Source of the DNA: Felis catus
Lineage: Eukaryota
Direction of reading: 5' to 3'
Assembly (NCBI RefSeq): GCF_018350175.1
Contig: NC_058373.1
Location: 99,822,001-99,886,000, forward strand
Length of the DNA stretch: 64,000 bases
The notes below the pieces were generated by a model. That model was given only the letters and a program-made list of their open reading frames with translations, made no database searches and was not told the origin of the DNA. Position numbers and translations under genes: made by a program. Shown piece by piece: positions 37,866-50,564 of the stretch (positions are counted from its first letter, which is position 1; each line of letters opens with the position of its first letter).

Positions 37866-40800
37866 TTTTTTATAAATATAACTGATGGTCAAGTTAGTAT
37901 CCATACAACACCCAGTGCTCATCCCAAGTGCCCCCGTCAACACCCATCACCCACTTTCCCCTCTCCCCTACCCCCATCAACCCTGGTTGTTCTCATTATC
38001 CAAGAGTCTCTTATGGTTTGCCTCCCTATCTGTCACTTTTTTCCCCTTCCCCTCCTGCATGGTCTTCTGTTAAATATGTCAACATCCACATATAAGTCAA
38101 AACATATGGTGTCTATCTTTCTCTGACAGACTTATTTCACTTAGCATAATACCCTCCAGTTCCATCCGCGTTGCTGAAAATGGCCAAATTTCATTCTTAT
38201 TGCTAAGTAGTATTCCATTGTATATATAAACCACATCTTCTCTATCTATTCATCAGTTGATGGACATTTAGGCTCTTTCCATAGTTTGGCTATTGTTGAA
38301 AATGCTGCTATAAACATTGGGGTACATGTGCCCCTGTGCATCAGCACTCCTGTATCCCTTGGGTAAATTCCTAGCAGTGCTATTGCAGGGTCATAGGGTA
38401 GATCTATTTTTAATTTTTTGAGGAACCTCCACACTGTTTTCCAGAGCGGCTGCACCAGTTTGCCTTCCCAGCAACAGTGCAAGAGGATTCCCATTTCTCC
38501 ATATCCTCGCCAGCACCTATAGTCTCCTGATTTCTTCATTTTAGCCACTCTGACCGGTATGAGGTGGTATCTCAGTGTGGTTTTGATTTGTATTTCCCTG
38601 ATGATGAGTGATGTTGAGCATCTTTTCACGTGCCTGTTGGCCATCTGGATGTCTTCTTTGGAAAACTGTCTATTCATGTCTTCTGCCCATTTCTTCACTG
38701 GATTTTTTGTTTTTCAGGTGTGGAGTTTGGTGGGTTCTTTATAGGTTTTGGATACTAGCCCTTTATCCGATAGGTCATTTGCAAATATCTTTTCCCATTC
38801 CGTTCGTTGCCTCTTAGCTTTGTTGATTGTTTCCTTTGCAGTGCAGAAACTTTGTATCTTGATGAGGTCCCAATACTTCATTTTTGTTTTTAATTTCCTT
38901 GCCCATGGAGATGTGTCGAGTAAGAAATTGCTGCAGCTGAGGTCAAAGAAGTTTTTTTTCTGCTTTCTCCTCTAAGGTTTTGATGGTTTCCTGTCTCACA
39001 TTCAGGTCCTTTATTCATTTTGAGTTTATTTTTGTGTATGGTGTCTAGAAAGTGGTCTAGTTTCATTCTTCCTCATGTTGTTGTCCATGCACCTTTGTTA
39101 AACAGACTGTCTTTTTTCCATTGGATACTCTTTGCTGCTTTGTCAAAGATTAGCTGGCCATACATTTGTGGGTCCAATTCTGGGTTCTCTATTCTATTCC
39201 ATTGGTCTATGTGTCTGTTTTTGTGCCAATGCCATGCTGTCTTGATGATTACAGCTTTGTAGTAGAGGCTAAAGTCTGAGCTTGTGATGCCTCCCTCTTT
39301 GGTTTTCTTCTTCAAGATTACTTTGGCTATTCAGGGTCTTTTGTGGTTCCATACAAATTTTAGGATTGCTTGTTCTAGCTTGGAGAAGAATGCTGGTGCA
39401 ACTTTGATTGGAATTGCATTGAATGTGTAGATTGCTTTGTGTAGATTGTATTGACATTTTACCAATATTCTTCCAATCCATGAGCATGGAATGTTTTTCC
39501 GTTTCTTTGTGTCTTCTTCAATTTCCTTCATAAGCTTTCTATAGTTTTCAGCATACAGATCTTTTACATGTTTGGTTAGGTTTATTCCTATGTATTTTAT
39601 GGTTCTTGGTGCAGTTGTGAATGGAATCAGTTTCTTTATTTTTCTTTGTGTTGCTTCATTATTGGTGTATAAAAATGCAACTGATTCCTGTACATTGATT
39701 TTTTACCCTACAACTTTGCTGAATTCATGTATCAGTTCTAGCAGACATTTGGTGGAGTCTGTGGGGTTTTCCATGTAGAGTATCATGTCATCTGTGAAAA
39801 GTGAAAGTTTAACTTCTTCTTTGCCAATTTTGATGCCTTTGATTTCATTTTTTTGTCTGATTGCTGATGATAGGACTTCCAACACTATGTTAAACAACAG
39901 TAGTGAGAGTGGACATCCCTGTCGTGTTCCTGATCTCAGGGGGAAATGTCTCCGTTTCTCCCTATTGAGGATGATATTAGCTGTGGGCTTTTCATAAATG
40001 GCTTTTATGATGTTTAAGTATGTTCCTTCTATCCTGACTTTCTCAAGGGTTATTATTAAGAAAGGATGCTGAATTTTGTCAAATGCTTTTTCTGCATCAA
40101 TTGACAAGATCATATGGTTCTTCTCTTTTATTAATGTGATGTATCGCATTGATTGATTTGTGAATATTGAACCAGCCCTGCAGCCCGGGAATGAATCCCA
40201 TTTGATCATGGTGAATAATTCTTTATATATCCTGTTGAATACGATTTGCTGTATCTTGTTGAGAATTTTTGCGTTCATATTCATCAGGGATATTAGCCTG
40301 TAGTTCTCTTGTTTTGCTGGGTCTCTGTCTGGTTTTGGAATCAAAGTAATGCTGGCTACATAGAATGAGTCTGGAAGCTTTCCTTCCCTATTTTTTGGGA
40401 CAGCTTGAGGAGAATAGGTATTAACTCTGCTTTAAACGTCTGGTAGAATTCCCCAGGGAAGCCATCTGGTCCAAGACTCTTATTTGTTGGGAGATTTTTG
40501 ATAACTGATTCCATTTTTTTGCTGGTTATGGGTCTGTTCAAATTTTCTATTTTTTCCCGTTTGAGTTTGGGAAGTGTGTAGGTATTTAGGAATTTGTCCA
40601 TTTCTTCCAGGTTGTCCAGTTTGTTGGCATATAATTTTTCATAGTATTCCCTGATAATTGCTATATTTCTGAGGGATTGGTTGTAATAATTCTATTTTCA
40701 TTCATGATTTTATCTATTTGGGTCATCTCCCTTTTCTTTTTGAGAAGCCTGGCTAGAGGTTTATCAATTTTGTTAATTTTTTCAAAAAACCAACTCTTGG

Positions 40801-43261
40801 ATTTTTTAGATTGTATATTTTTTATTTCTGCTCTGATCTTTATTATTTCTCTTCTTCTGCTGGGTTTGGGGTGTCTTTGCTGCTCTGCTTCTATTTCCTT
40901 TAGGTGTGCTGTTAGTTTTTGTACTTGGGATTTTTCTTGTTTCTTGAGATAGGCCTGGAATGCAATGTATTTTCCTCTCAAGACTGCCTTCGCTGCATCC
41001 CAAAGTGTTTGGATTGTTGTATTTTCATTTTCATTTGTTTCCATATATTTTTTAATTTCTTCTCTAATTGCCTGGTTGACCCATTCATTCTTTAGTAGGG
41101 TGTTCTTTAACCTCCATGCTTTTGGAGGTTTTCCAGACTTTTTCCTGTGGTTGATTTCAAGTTTCATAGCATTGTGGTCTGAAAGTGTGCATGGTATAAT
41201 CTCAATTCTTGTATACTTATGAAGGGCTGTTTTGTGACCCAGTATGTGATCTATCTTGGAGAATGTTCCATGTGCACTCTAGAAGACATAGAGTTCTAAA
41301 TATATCTGTCAAGTCCATCTGGTCCAATGTGTATCATTCAGGGCCATTGTTTCTTTATTGATTCTCTGTCTAGATGATCTGTCCATTGTTGTAAGTGGAG
41401 TATTAAAGTCCCCTGTAGTTACCACATTCTTATCAGTAAGATTGCTTATGTTTGTGGTTAATTGTTTTATATATTTGGGTGCTTTCGAATTCAGTGCCTA
41501 GACATTTATAATTGTTAGCTCTTCCTGATGGATAGACCCTGTAATTATTATATAATGCCCTTATTCATCTCTTGTTACAGCCTTTAATTTAAAGTCTAGT
41601 TTTCGGGGCGCCTGGGTGGCGCAGTCGGTTAAGCGTCCGACTTCAGCCAGGTCATGATCTCGCGGTCCGTGAGTTCGAGCCCCGCGTCAGGCTCTGGGCT
41701 GATGGCTCAGAGCCTGGAGCCTGTTTCCGATTCTGTGTCTTCCTCTCTCTCTGTCCCTCCCCCGTTCATGCTCTCTCTCTGTCCCCAAAATAAATAAACG
41801 TTGAAAAAAAAAATAAAAAAATAAAGTCTAGTTTTTCTGACATAGTATGGCTACTGCAGCTTTCTTTTGACTTCCACTAGCATGATAGATCTCCATCCCC
41901 TCACTTTCAATCTGAAGGTGTCCTCAGGTCTAAAATGAGTCTCTTGTAGACAGCAAATAAATGGGTTTTGTTTTTTTTATCCATTCTGATACCCTATGTC
42001 TTTTGATTGGAGCATTTAGTTCATTTACATTCAGTGTTATTACTGAAAGATATGGATTTAGGGTCATTGTGTTATCTGTAGGGTTCATGTTTGTAGTGAT
42101 GTCTCTGGTACTTTGTGGTCCTTCTAACATTTCACTCACCAGAGTCCCCTCTAGGATCTCTTGTAGGGCTGGTTGAGTGGTAATGAATTCCTTCAGTTTT
42201 TGTTTGTGTGGGAAAACCTTTATCTCTCCTTCTACTCTGAATGACAGGCTTGCCGGATAAAGGGTTGTCAGCTGCATATTTTTTTCTGTTCATCACATTG
42301 AAGATTTCCTGCTATTCCTTTCTGGCCTTCCTAGTTTCAGTAGATAGGTCTGCTACTACCCTTATGTGTCTACCTTTGCATGTTAAGGCCCATTTATCCC
42401 TAGCTGCTTTCAGAATTTTCTCTTTATCCTTATATTTTGCCAGTTTCCCTATGATATGCCATGCTGAAGCTTGATTCGTGTTATACCTAAAGGGAGTTCT
42501 CCGTGCCTCTTGGATTCCAATGCCTGTTTCCTTCCCCAGATTGGGAAAGTTCCAAACTATGATTTGTTCAAGTACACCTTCATCCCCTTTCTCTCTCTCT
42601 TCTTCTGGAATTCCTATGATATGGATATTATTCCATTTGATTGACTCACTTGGTTCTCTAATTCTTCCCTTGTGATCCTGGATTTTTCTTTATCTCTCTT
42701 TTTCTCAGCTTCCTCTTTTTCCATAATTTTATCTTCTAATTCACCTATTCTCTCCTCTGCCTCTTCAATCCGTGCTGTGGCCGCCTCCATTTTATTTTGT
42801 ACCTCGTAGCAGTTTTAAATTCATCGTGAGTATTTTTTATGCCCCTGATCTCTGTAGCAATTGATTCTCTGCTGTCTTCTATGCTTTTTTCAAGCCCAGA
42901 GATTAATTTTATGACTATTATTCTAAATTCTTGTTTAGTTATGTTGCTTAAATCTGTTTTGATCAATTCTTTAGCTGTCATTTCTTTCTGGAATTTCTTT
43001 TGAGGAGAATTCTTCCATTTCATCATTTTGGCTAGTTTTCTGTCCCTTATGAGTTTTAAAAGCTTGTGATGTGCTCTGCACCTGCAAGCACTGCTATATT
43101 AAAGGGGGGGGGTTATATACTGCCCATGGCATGGCCCTTAGGAAATGTGTTTTTTGGAGAGTGTTACTTGCTCTCTGTTGTTGTGACTTTGGTTATTTTA
43201 TTTCCCTACACATAGTGATGTTTTGGACCTCCACCTTGTGTGCTTTGATTTGTTCCTTGAA
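37866..43261 (-). mobile_element. LINE-1 (felid/carnivore) with 3'UTR, disrupted ORF2, disrupted ORF1 and only the ORF1-proximal part of the 5'UTR; L1 #2
   Basis: ORF1 start 43026 (MMKWKNSPQKKFQ...EFRIIVIKLISGLEKSIED); ORF2 start MTLNPYLSVITLNVNELNAPIKRHRV within 41930-42277; [10 protein letters not shown]...LFTDDM at 39703-40344; C-terminus at 38246-38698. TSD ggtttgccattttct at 37851-37865 and 43697-43711 also encloses the non-L1 segment 43262-43696. Confidence 0.95.
41605..41821 (+). mobile_element. Young Can-SINE inside the L1 #2 ORF2 endonuclease region
   Basis: TSD taaagtctagtttt at 41590-41603 and 41822-41835; CpG-rich. Confidence 0.96.
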
Positions 43262-43696
43262 GTATCCTCATAGGGCTCTGGTGAAGATTCAGTGAGTCAA
43301 GTTGCTGCCTAACATCACTCATCTGGTCAGTAAAGTCCAGCTGTTGTTCGAAGCCACTCCACTGGCTCCAACATCCAACAGTGGTTCTAAACCACCATGC
43401 TGTGTAGCCACTGGGCAGTGGTCTCCATAGGATCTTGCTTCAGGTATCAGTAGCTCCAAGAAGCTTGTGTTCACTTCTTCCTTCTGACACACCAGAGCCC
43501 TCAGAAACAGCCAGAAAGACAGTGAACTCAAGAGTTCTTGGGGGCACCACACCTGTTTCTCATTGTTCCTGATTGCCAGTGGAGGTTAGCTTCTAATGCC
43601 ATTGCTGGAAGATTTCCTTCATGACCACGTAGAAAGACGAGGAATTATACAAAATGGAAGCCTCTTATAGGAAGAAGGGTCGGGCACAAAATTCAG
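43262..43696 (-). other. Non-L1 segment co-inserted at the 5' end of L1 #2 (5' transduction or chimeric transcript)
   Basis: Lies between the L1 5'UTR remnant and the right TSD copy; lacks the L1 5'-terminal AAGATGG-type motif seen at the 5' end of L1 #3; source not recognised. Confidence 0.75.
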
Positions 43697-44230
43697 GGTT
43701 TGCCATTTTCTAAGTTAAAAAGACTGAGAGAGGAAAAATAAAAAGTTGCATTTTGAATCTATTAAGTTTGCAATGTCTATTGAAAACCCAGAGGTTGGTA
43801 AGGCTTACATGGGCGTCTGTTGCTTTTGCCTCCTATTATCCATTTACCCTTCTTCTTTTTGAAAAAGTTTTTATTTAAATTCCACTTTGGTAACATACAG
43901 TGTTATATTAGTTTCAGGTGTACAACATAGTGATTCAACACTTTTATACAGCACTCGGTGCTCATCACAAGTGCACTCCTTAATCCTCATCCCCTATTTA
44001 ACTCCCACTCCCCTCTGGCAACCATCAGTTTGTTCTCTATAGTTAAGGATCTGCTTCTTGATTTTTCTCTCTTTTTCTCCCCTTTCCTCATTTGTTTAGT
44101 TTCTTAAATCACATATGAGTGACATCATATGGTATTTGTTTTTCTCTGACTTATTTTGCTTAGCATTATACTCTTCAGCTCCACCCATGTCATTGCAAAT
44201 GGCAAGATTTCATTCTTTCACTGTGAAAGA

Positions 44231-44231
<1 letters not shown>

Positions 44232-44267
<36 letters not shown>
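44232..44267. repeat. (TG)n microsatellite within L1 #3
   Basis: Directly visible. Confidence 0.96.
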
Positions 44268-44269
<2 letters not shown>

Positions 44270-44999
44270 CTTTATCCATTCATCTATCAATGGACACAGG
44301 CTACTTCTGTATTTTCGCTGTTGTAAACAATGCTACTAGAAAAATAGGGGTGCATTTATCCTTTTGAATTATTGTTTTTGTATTCTTTGGGTAAATACTC
44401 AGTAGTGTGATTGTTGGATCATAAGTAGTTCTATTTTTAACTTTTTGAAGAAACTCCATGCTGTTTTCCACGGTAGTTGTACCACTTTGCATTCCCACAA
44501 ACAGTGCAAGATGGTTCCCCTGTCACCACAGCCTTGCCAATCCCTATTGTTTCATTGTGGTTTCGATTTGTATTTCCCTGATGGTAAGTGATAATAAACA
44601 TCTTTTCATGTGTCTGTTGGCCATCTGGATGTCTTCTTTAGAAGAATGTTCCTGTCTTCTACCAATTTTTTAATTGGATTATTTGTTTTTTTGATGTTGA
44701 GTTGTGTAAGTTCTTTATATATTTTGGATATTAACCCTTTATCAGATATGCCATTTGCAAATATCTTTGCCCATTCCATAAGTTGTCTTTTAGCTTTGGT
44801 GATTGTTTACTTCCCTCTGCAGAAGCTTTTTATTTTGATGTAGTCTCAGTAGTTTATTTTTGTTTTTATTTCCCTTGCCTCAGGACACATAGAAAACAGT
44901 TGCTACAGATAATGTCAAAGAAAGTACTGCCTGTGTTCTCTTCTATGATTTTTTATTTCAGGTCTCACATTTAGGTCTTCAATCCATTTTGCTTTGTTT

Positions 45000-45551
45000 T
45001 TGTTTTTGTTTTAATATAATTTATTGTCAAATTGGTTTCCATACAATACCAAGTGCTCATCCCAACAAGTGCCTTCCTCAACGCCCATCACCCACTTTCC
45101 CCTCTGCCCCAGCCCCCCCATCAACCCTCAGTTTGTTCTCTGTATTTAAGAATCTCTTATGGTTTGCCTTCCTCCCTCTCTGTTTGAAACTTTTTTCCCC
45201 TTCTTTGCCCTCCATGGTCTTCTGTTAAGTTTCTCAAGATCCACATATGACTGAAAACATACGGTATCTGTCATATGGTGACTGACTTATTTCACTTAGC
45301 ATAATACCCTCCAGTTCCATCCACATTGCTGAAAATGGCCAAATTTCATTCTTTCTCATTGCCAAGTAGTATTCCATTGTATATATAAACCATATCTTCT
45401 TTATCCATTCATCAGTTGATGGACATTTAGGCTCTTTCCATAATTTGGCTATTGTTGAAAGTGCTGCTATAAACATTGGGGTACATATGCCCCTATGCAT
45501 CAGCACTCCTGTATCCCTTGGGTAAATTCCTACCAGTGCTATTGCTGGGTC
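45000..45551 (-). mobile_element. Short 3'-end feline L1 fragment nested in ORF2 of L1 #3; L1 #4
   Basis: Feline L1 3'UTR (aatataatttattgtcaaattggtttccatac) plus ORF2 C-terminus ([21 protein letters not shown]...) interrupts the host sequence aatccattttg|aatttatttttgtg. Confidence 0.9.
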
Positions 45552-46744
45552 TTTGAATTTATTTTTGTGTGTGGTCCAGTTTCTTTCTTTTGCATGTTGC
45601 TGCCTGCCATTTGTTGAAGAGACTGTCTTTTTTCCCACAGGCTATTCTTTCCTGCTTTTTTGAAGATTAGTTGGCCACATATTTGTGAGTTTACTTCTGG
45701 CTTTTCTATTCTATTCTATTGACCTATGTGTCTGTTTTTGTGCCAGTACCATTTTGTTTTGATCACTACAGTTTTGTAATATACCTTGAAGTCTGGAATT
45801 GTGATGCCTCCAGCTTTTCTTTTCTTTTCTTTTTCAAGGTTGCTTTGGCTACTTGGGGTCTTTTGTGGTTCCATACAAATTTTAGGATTATTTGTTCCAG
45901 TTCTGTGAAAAATGCTGGTGATACATTGATAGGGATTGCATTAAATGTGTAGATTGCTTTGAGTAGTATAGACATTTTAACAATATTTGTTCTTCTAATC
46001 CATTAGCATGGACTGTTTTTCCATTTCTTTGTATCCTCTTCCATTTCTTTCATCAGTGTTTCATAGTTTTCAGAATATAGGTCTTCACCTATTTGGTTAG
46101 GTTTATCCCTAGCTATCTTATTTGGGTACAATTGTAAATTGGCTTGTTTCCTTAATTTCTTTTTCTGCTGCTTCATTATTGGTGGATAGAAATGCAACAA
46201 ATTTCTGTGCATTGATTTTGTATCCTGTGACTTTACTGAATTCATTTATCAGTCCTAGCAATTTTGGGTAGAATCTTTCAGGTGTTCAACATAGACTATC
46301 GTGTCATCTGCAAATAATGGAAGTTTGGCTTCTTCCTTACAGATTTGGGTGACTTTTATTTCTTTTTGTTTTCTGATTGCTGTGGCTAGGACTTCCAGTA
46401 CTATGTTGAATAAAAGTGATGAGATGGAACATACTTGTCTTGTTCCTGGCCTTAGGAAAAGCTCTCAGTTTTCCCTATTAAGGATGATGTTAGCTGTGGG
46501 TGTTTTACATACGGCCTTTGTTATGTTGTGGTATGTTCACTCTAAACCTACTTTATTGAGCCCTTTTTAGTATGAATGGATAGTATACTTTGTCAAATGC
46601 TTTTTCTCCATCTATTGAAATGATCATATCATTCTTATCCTTTCTTTTATTAATATGATGTATCACCTTGATGCGATTTGTGAATATTGAATCACCCTTG
46701 CAACCGAGTAATAAATCCCAGTTGACAGTGTGTATGATTTTTTT

Positions 46745-46961
46745 AAAATTTTTTTTTTAACGTTTATTTATTTTTGGGACACAGAGAGACAGAGCATGAA
46801 TGGGGCAGGGGCAGAGAGAGAGGGAGACACAGAATCGGAAGCAGGCTCCAGGCTCTGAGCCATCAGCCCAGAGCCTGACACGGGGCTCGAACTCACGGAC
46901 CGCGAGATCGTGACCTGAGCTGAAGTCGGACGCTTAACCGACTGAGCCACCCAGGCGCCCC
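46745..46961 (-). mobile_element. Young Can-SINE inside L1 #3
   Basis: TSD tgtatgattttttt at 46731-46744 and 46963-46976. Confidence 0.95.
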
Positions 46962-48865
46962 ATGTATGATTTTTTTAGTGTGCTATGGGATTCAGTTTGC
47001 TAGTATTTTGTTGAGGATTTGTGTTTCTATGTTCTTCAGGGATATTGGCCTGTAGTTCTTTTTTAGTGGTGACTTTTTTTAGTGGTGACTTTATCTGGTT
47101 TTGGTATTAGGGTAATTCTGGCCTCATAGAATGAATGTGGACATTTTCTTTCCTTTTCTATTTTTTGGAATAGTTTGAGAACACTGGGGATTAACTCTTC
47201 GTTATATGTTTGGTAGAATTTGCCTGTGAGGCCATCTTGTCTTAGACTTTTGTTTGAGAGTGTTTTAATTACTGATTCAAATTCTTTGCTGGTTATTGGT
47301 CTTGTCAAGTTTTCTATTTCTTCCTGTTGGCAGATAGTTTTTCATAATATTCTCTTTTAATTGTATTTCTGTGGTGTTGGTTGTGATTTCTCCTCTCTCA
47401 TTTGTGATCTTGTTTATTTGAGTTCTTTCCCTTTTTTTCTTGATAAGTCTGGCTAGAGGTTAATCAATTTTGTTGGTTTTTTTCAAAGAACCATCTCTTG
47501 ATTTTGTTGATCTGTTCTATTGACTTTTTAGTTTCCTTATCATTTATTTCTGCTCTAGTCTTTATTATTTACTTCCTTCTGCTGGTTTTAGGTTTTGTTT
47601 CTTTTCTAGCTCCTTAAGGTGTAAGTTTAGGTTGTTTATTTGGGATTTTTCTTATTTCATGAGGTCAACTGTTTTGCTATAAATTTCCATCCTAGAACCA
47701 CTTTAGCTGCATCCCAAAGGTTTTGGACCATCGCATTTTCATTTTCATTTGTTTCCATGTATGTTTTATTTCTTCTCTAATTTTCCAGTTGACTCATTCA
47801 TTGCTTAGCAGCATGTTATTTAACCTCCTTGTATTTGTGGTCTTCCAGATTTTTTAATTTTTTTTTTGTGGTTGACTTTTAGTTTCATAGTGTTGTGATC
47901 AGAAAATATGCATAGTATGACTTCTATCTTCTTGAATTTGTTGAGGCTTGTTTTGTGGGCTAATGTGTGATCTGTTCTGGAGAACGTTTCATGGACACTT
48001 GAATAAAATGTGTATTCTGCTCTTTTAGGATAGAATGTTCTGAATATATCTGAATAGAATATATCTGAATGTATCTATTAAATCCATCCAGTATGTTGTT
48101 CAAAGCCATTGTTTCCTTGTTGATTTTCTGTTTAGATTATCTGTCCATTGATGTGAGTAGGGTGCTAAAGTCTCCTACTATTATTGTATTATTGTCAGAT
48201 TAGTTCCTTTTATGTTTTTTATTAACTGTTTTATGTTTGGGTGTCCTGTGTTTACAATTTGCATAAATATTTATAATTGTCATACCTTCTTGTTGGATTG
48301 TCCCCATTATTATTATATAGTGCCCTTTGTCTCTTATTATGGTCTGTTTATAAATTCTATTTTGTTCCACATGAGTATTGTTACCCTGGCTTTCATTTGA
48401 CATCTATTTCCATGAAGGATGTTTCTCAATCCCCTCACTTTCAATCTGCAGGTGTCTTTAGGTCTGAATGAATCTCTTGTAGGCAAAATGTAGATGAGTT
48501 TTGTTTATTACCCATTCTGTCACCCTATGTCTTTTGATTAGAGTGTTTAACCTATTTACATGCAAAGTAATTATTGATAATTATGCACTTATTGACATTT
48601 TATTGTCTTGTGATTGTTTCTGGAGATTTTCTCCTTTCTAGTCTTTCTCTCTTTTATACAGGTTTTCTTTAGTTATATATTCATATTTCTTTCTTTTTAT
48701 TCTTTGTATATTTATTAGTGGTTTTTGATATATAGTTACCAGTAGGTTTGTATATAACCTCCTCTGCATGTAGCAGTCTTTATTAAGTTGATGGTCATTT
48801 AAGTTTGAACCCATTCTTTACTCCTCTTCTCATGTTTTCTGTATATGTTGTCCTTTTCATATCCC

Positions 48866-49052
48866 TTTTTTTTTTTTTTTAATAAATGTTTACTCATTTT
48901 TGAGGGGGAGAGGGGCAGAGAGGGAGGGGACAGAGGATCCAAAACAGGCTCTTCACTGACAGCAGAGAGCATGATGCAGGGCTCAAACTCATGAATCGTG
49001 TGATCATGACCTGAAGTTGGCTCCCTAACCGATTGAGCTACCCAAGCACCCC
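48866..49052 (-). mobile_element. Can-SINE inside L1 #3
   Basis: TSD tcatatcc(c)tttt on both flanks. Confidence 0.92.
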
Positions 49053-49460
49053 TCATATCCTTTTATTTTGTGAGTTCGTTAGCTAATTTTTTACAGAAAT
49101 ATTCATATCTATTCTTTTTGTGTTTCCCACCTTTATACTGTCACTTTTGATCTCTCCTTTCCATTCAAAGAATCCCCTTTAATATTTCTTCCAGGGCTTA
49201 TTTAGTGGTCATTAGCTCCTTTAGATTAGGTTTGTTCATTTGTTTGTTTTTTCTCTGGGAAACTATCTTTCATTCTATTCTGAATGGTAGCCTTGCTGGA
49301 TAGAGTATTAGCTGCAGATTTTTTTCCATTCAGCACTTTGAATATATCATGCCGCTCCCTTCTGGTTTGCCAAATTTCTGTTGAAAAATCTCCTGCTAGC
49401 CTTATGGGTTTTCCCGTTAAGTCACTATCTTTTGTCTTGCAGCTTTAACATTTTTTCTTT

Positions 49461-49659
49461 TTTTAAATTTTTATTTATTTATTTTGAGAGAGGGAACAGG
49501 GGAGGGGCAGAGAGAGAGAGAGGAAGGGAAAGAATTACAAGCATTCTGTCAGTGCAGAACCAGATGCAGGCCTTGATCTCACAAACTGAACCATGAGATC
49601 ATGACTTGAGCTGAAATCAAGAGTCAGATGCTTAACCAACTGAGCCACCTAGGTGCTCC
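49461..49659 (-). mobile_element. Can-SINE inside L1 #3 ORF1
   Basis: Head reverse complement ...aaccaactgagccacctaggtgctcc; TSD taa(c/a)attttttcttt. Confidence 0.92.
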
Positions 49660-50127
49660 TAAAATTTTTTCTTTATTATTATATCTTGCCAATTTAATTA
49701 CAATATATATTGGTGTGGGTCTGCTTTTCCCCCAAATTAGGAAGCTTTTCAACTATTGTGTCTTCAAATAAATTTTCTGTCCCCTTTTCTCTCTCTTCTT
49801 CCTCTGTGACTCCTATAATATGAATGTTATTATGTTGATGGAGTTACTGAATTTCCTGAGTCTATGTTCATTTTGCATAATTTTTCCCCTCTTTTATTCA
49901 GCTTGATTACTTTCCATTACTCTGTCTTCTAGGTCACCAATTAATTCCTGTGCTTCTTCCATCCTGCTTTTCTTTCTATCAAGAATTTGTTGAGCCCTTT
50001 ATTAACATTTCATTTGTTGAGCACTTTATCTCTGCTATGTTGTTCCTTATCTACGTGTTAAGGATCTCACTATGTTTTCCACTCTTTTCTCAAGTTTAGT
50101 GAGTATTCTTATGATCATTGTGTTAAG

Positions 50128-50564
50128 CTTTTCAGTCCTGGGGGTGGCAGAGCTGAGCCAGCAGCACCCACCCTCCAGCTTTCCATGCCTCCATTCCACT
50201 GACTGTTTGTTGCTCCATCTGCCCTGCCACCATAATGGAACAGGCCATTTCCTTTGTCAAGGATTTCCTGGCCAGAGACATCACCACTCCAAGATGGTGG
50301 TGGCCCCAATCAAACAGGTCAAGCTGCTGCTGCAGGTGCAGCATGCCAGTAAGCAGATCACCACAGACAAGCAATACAAGGGCATTGTGGACCATGCTGT
50401 GTGTTTCCCCAAAGAGAAGGGTGTGCTTGTCCTTCTGGAGAGGGAACCTAGCCAATGTCATCTTCTACTTCCCCATGCAAGCCCTCGATTTCACCTTCAA
50501 GGATAAGTACAAGCAGATCTTCCTGGGGGTCATGGACAAGCTCATGCAATTCTGGAGGTATTTT
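50128..50564 (+). pseudogene. SLC25A6: Processed pseudogene fragment of ADP/ATP translocase 3 (5'UTR plus N-terminal CDS), frameshifted and 3'-truncated
   Basis: Across frameshifts it reads [13 protein letters not shown]...[34 protein letters not shown]...[59 protein letters not shown] and GIVD match ANT3 (MTEQAISFAKDF) rather than ANT2 (MTDAAVSF) or ANT1. Kozak gccacc precedes a decayed start ATA (50232-50234). The LLLQ|VQ exon1/2 junction has no intron, and the upstream ggcagagctgagccagc...gccctgccacc resembles the SLC25A6 5'UTR. Confidence 0.93.

Larger units (their letters stand above)
32290..43795 (-). mobile_element. Single ancient L2 split into collinear pieces (about 32290-32792, 33910-34070, 37689-37865, 43697-43795)
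   Basis: The pieces follow L2 consensus order: ggatttattctaag / attgcagtaattca / tccaaagcttttggactgagcagctg...ttgccattt / ttttgaatctattaagtttgcaatgtctattga. Confidence 0.7.
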
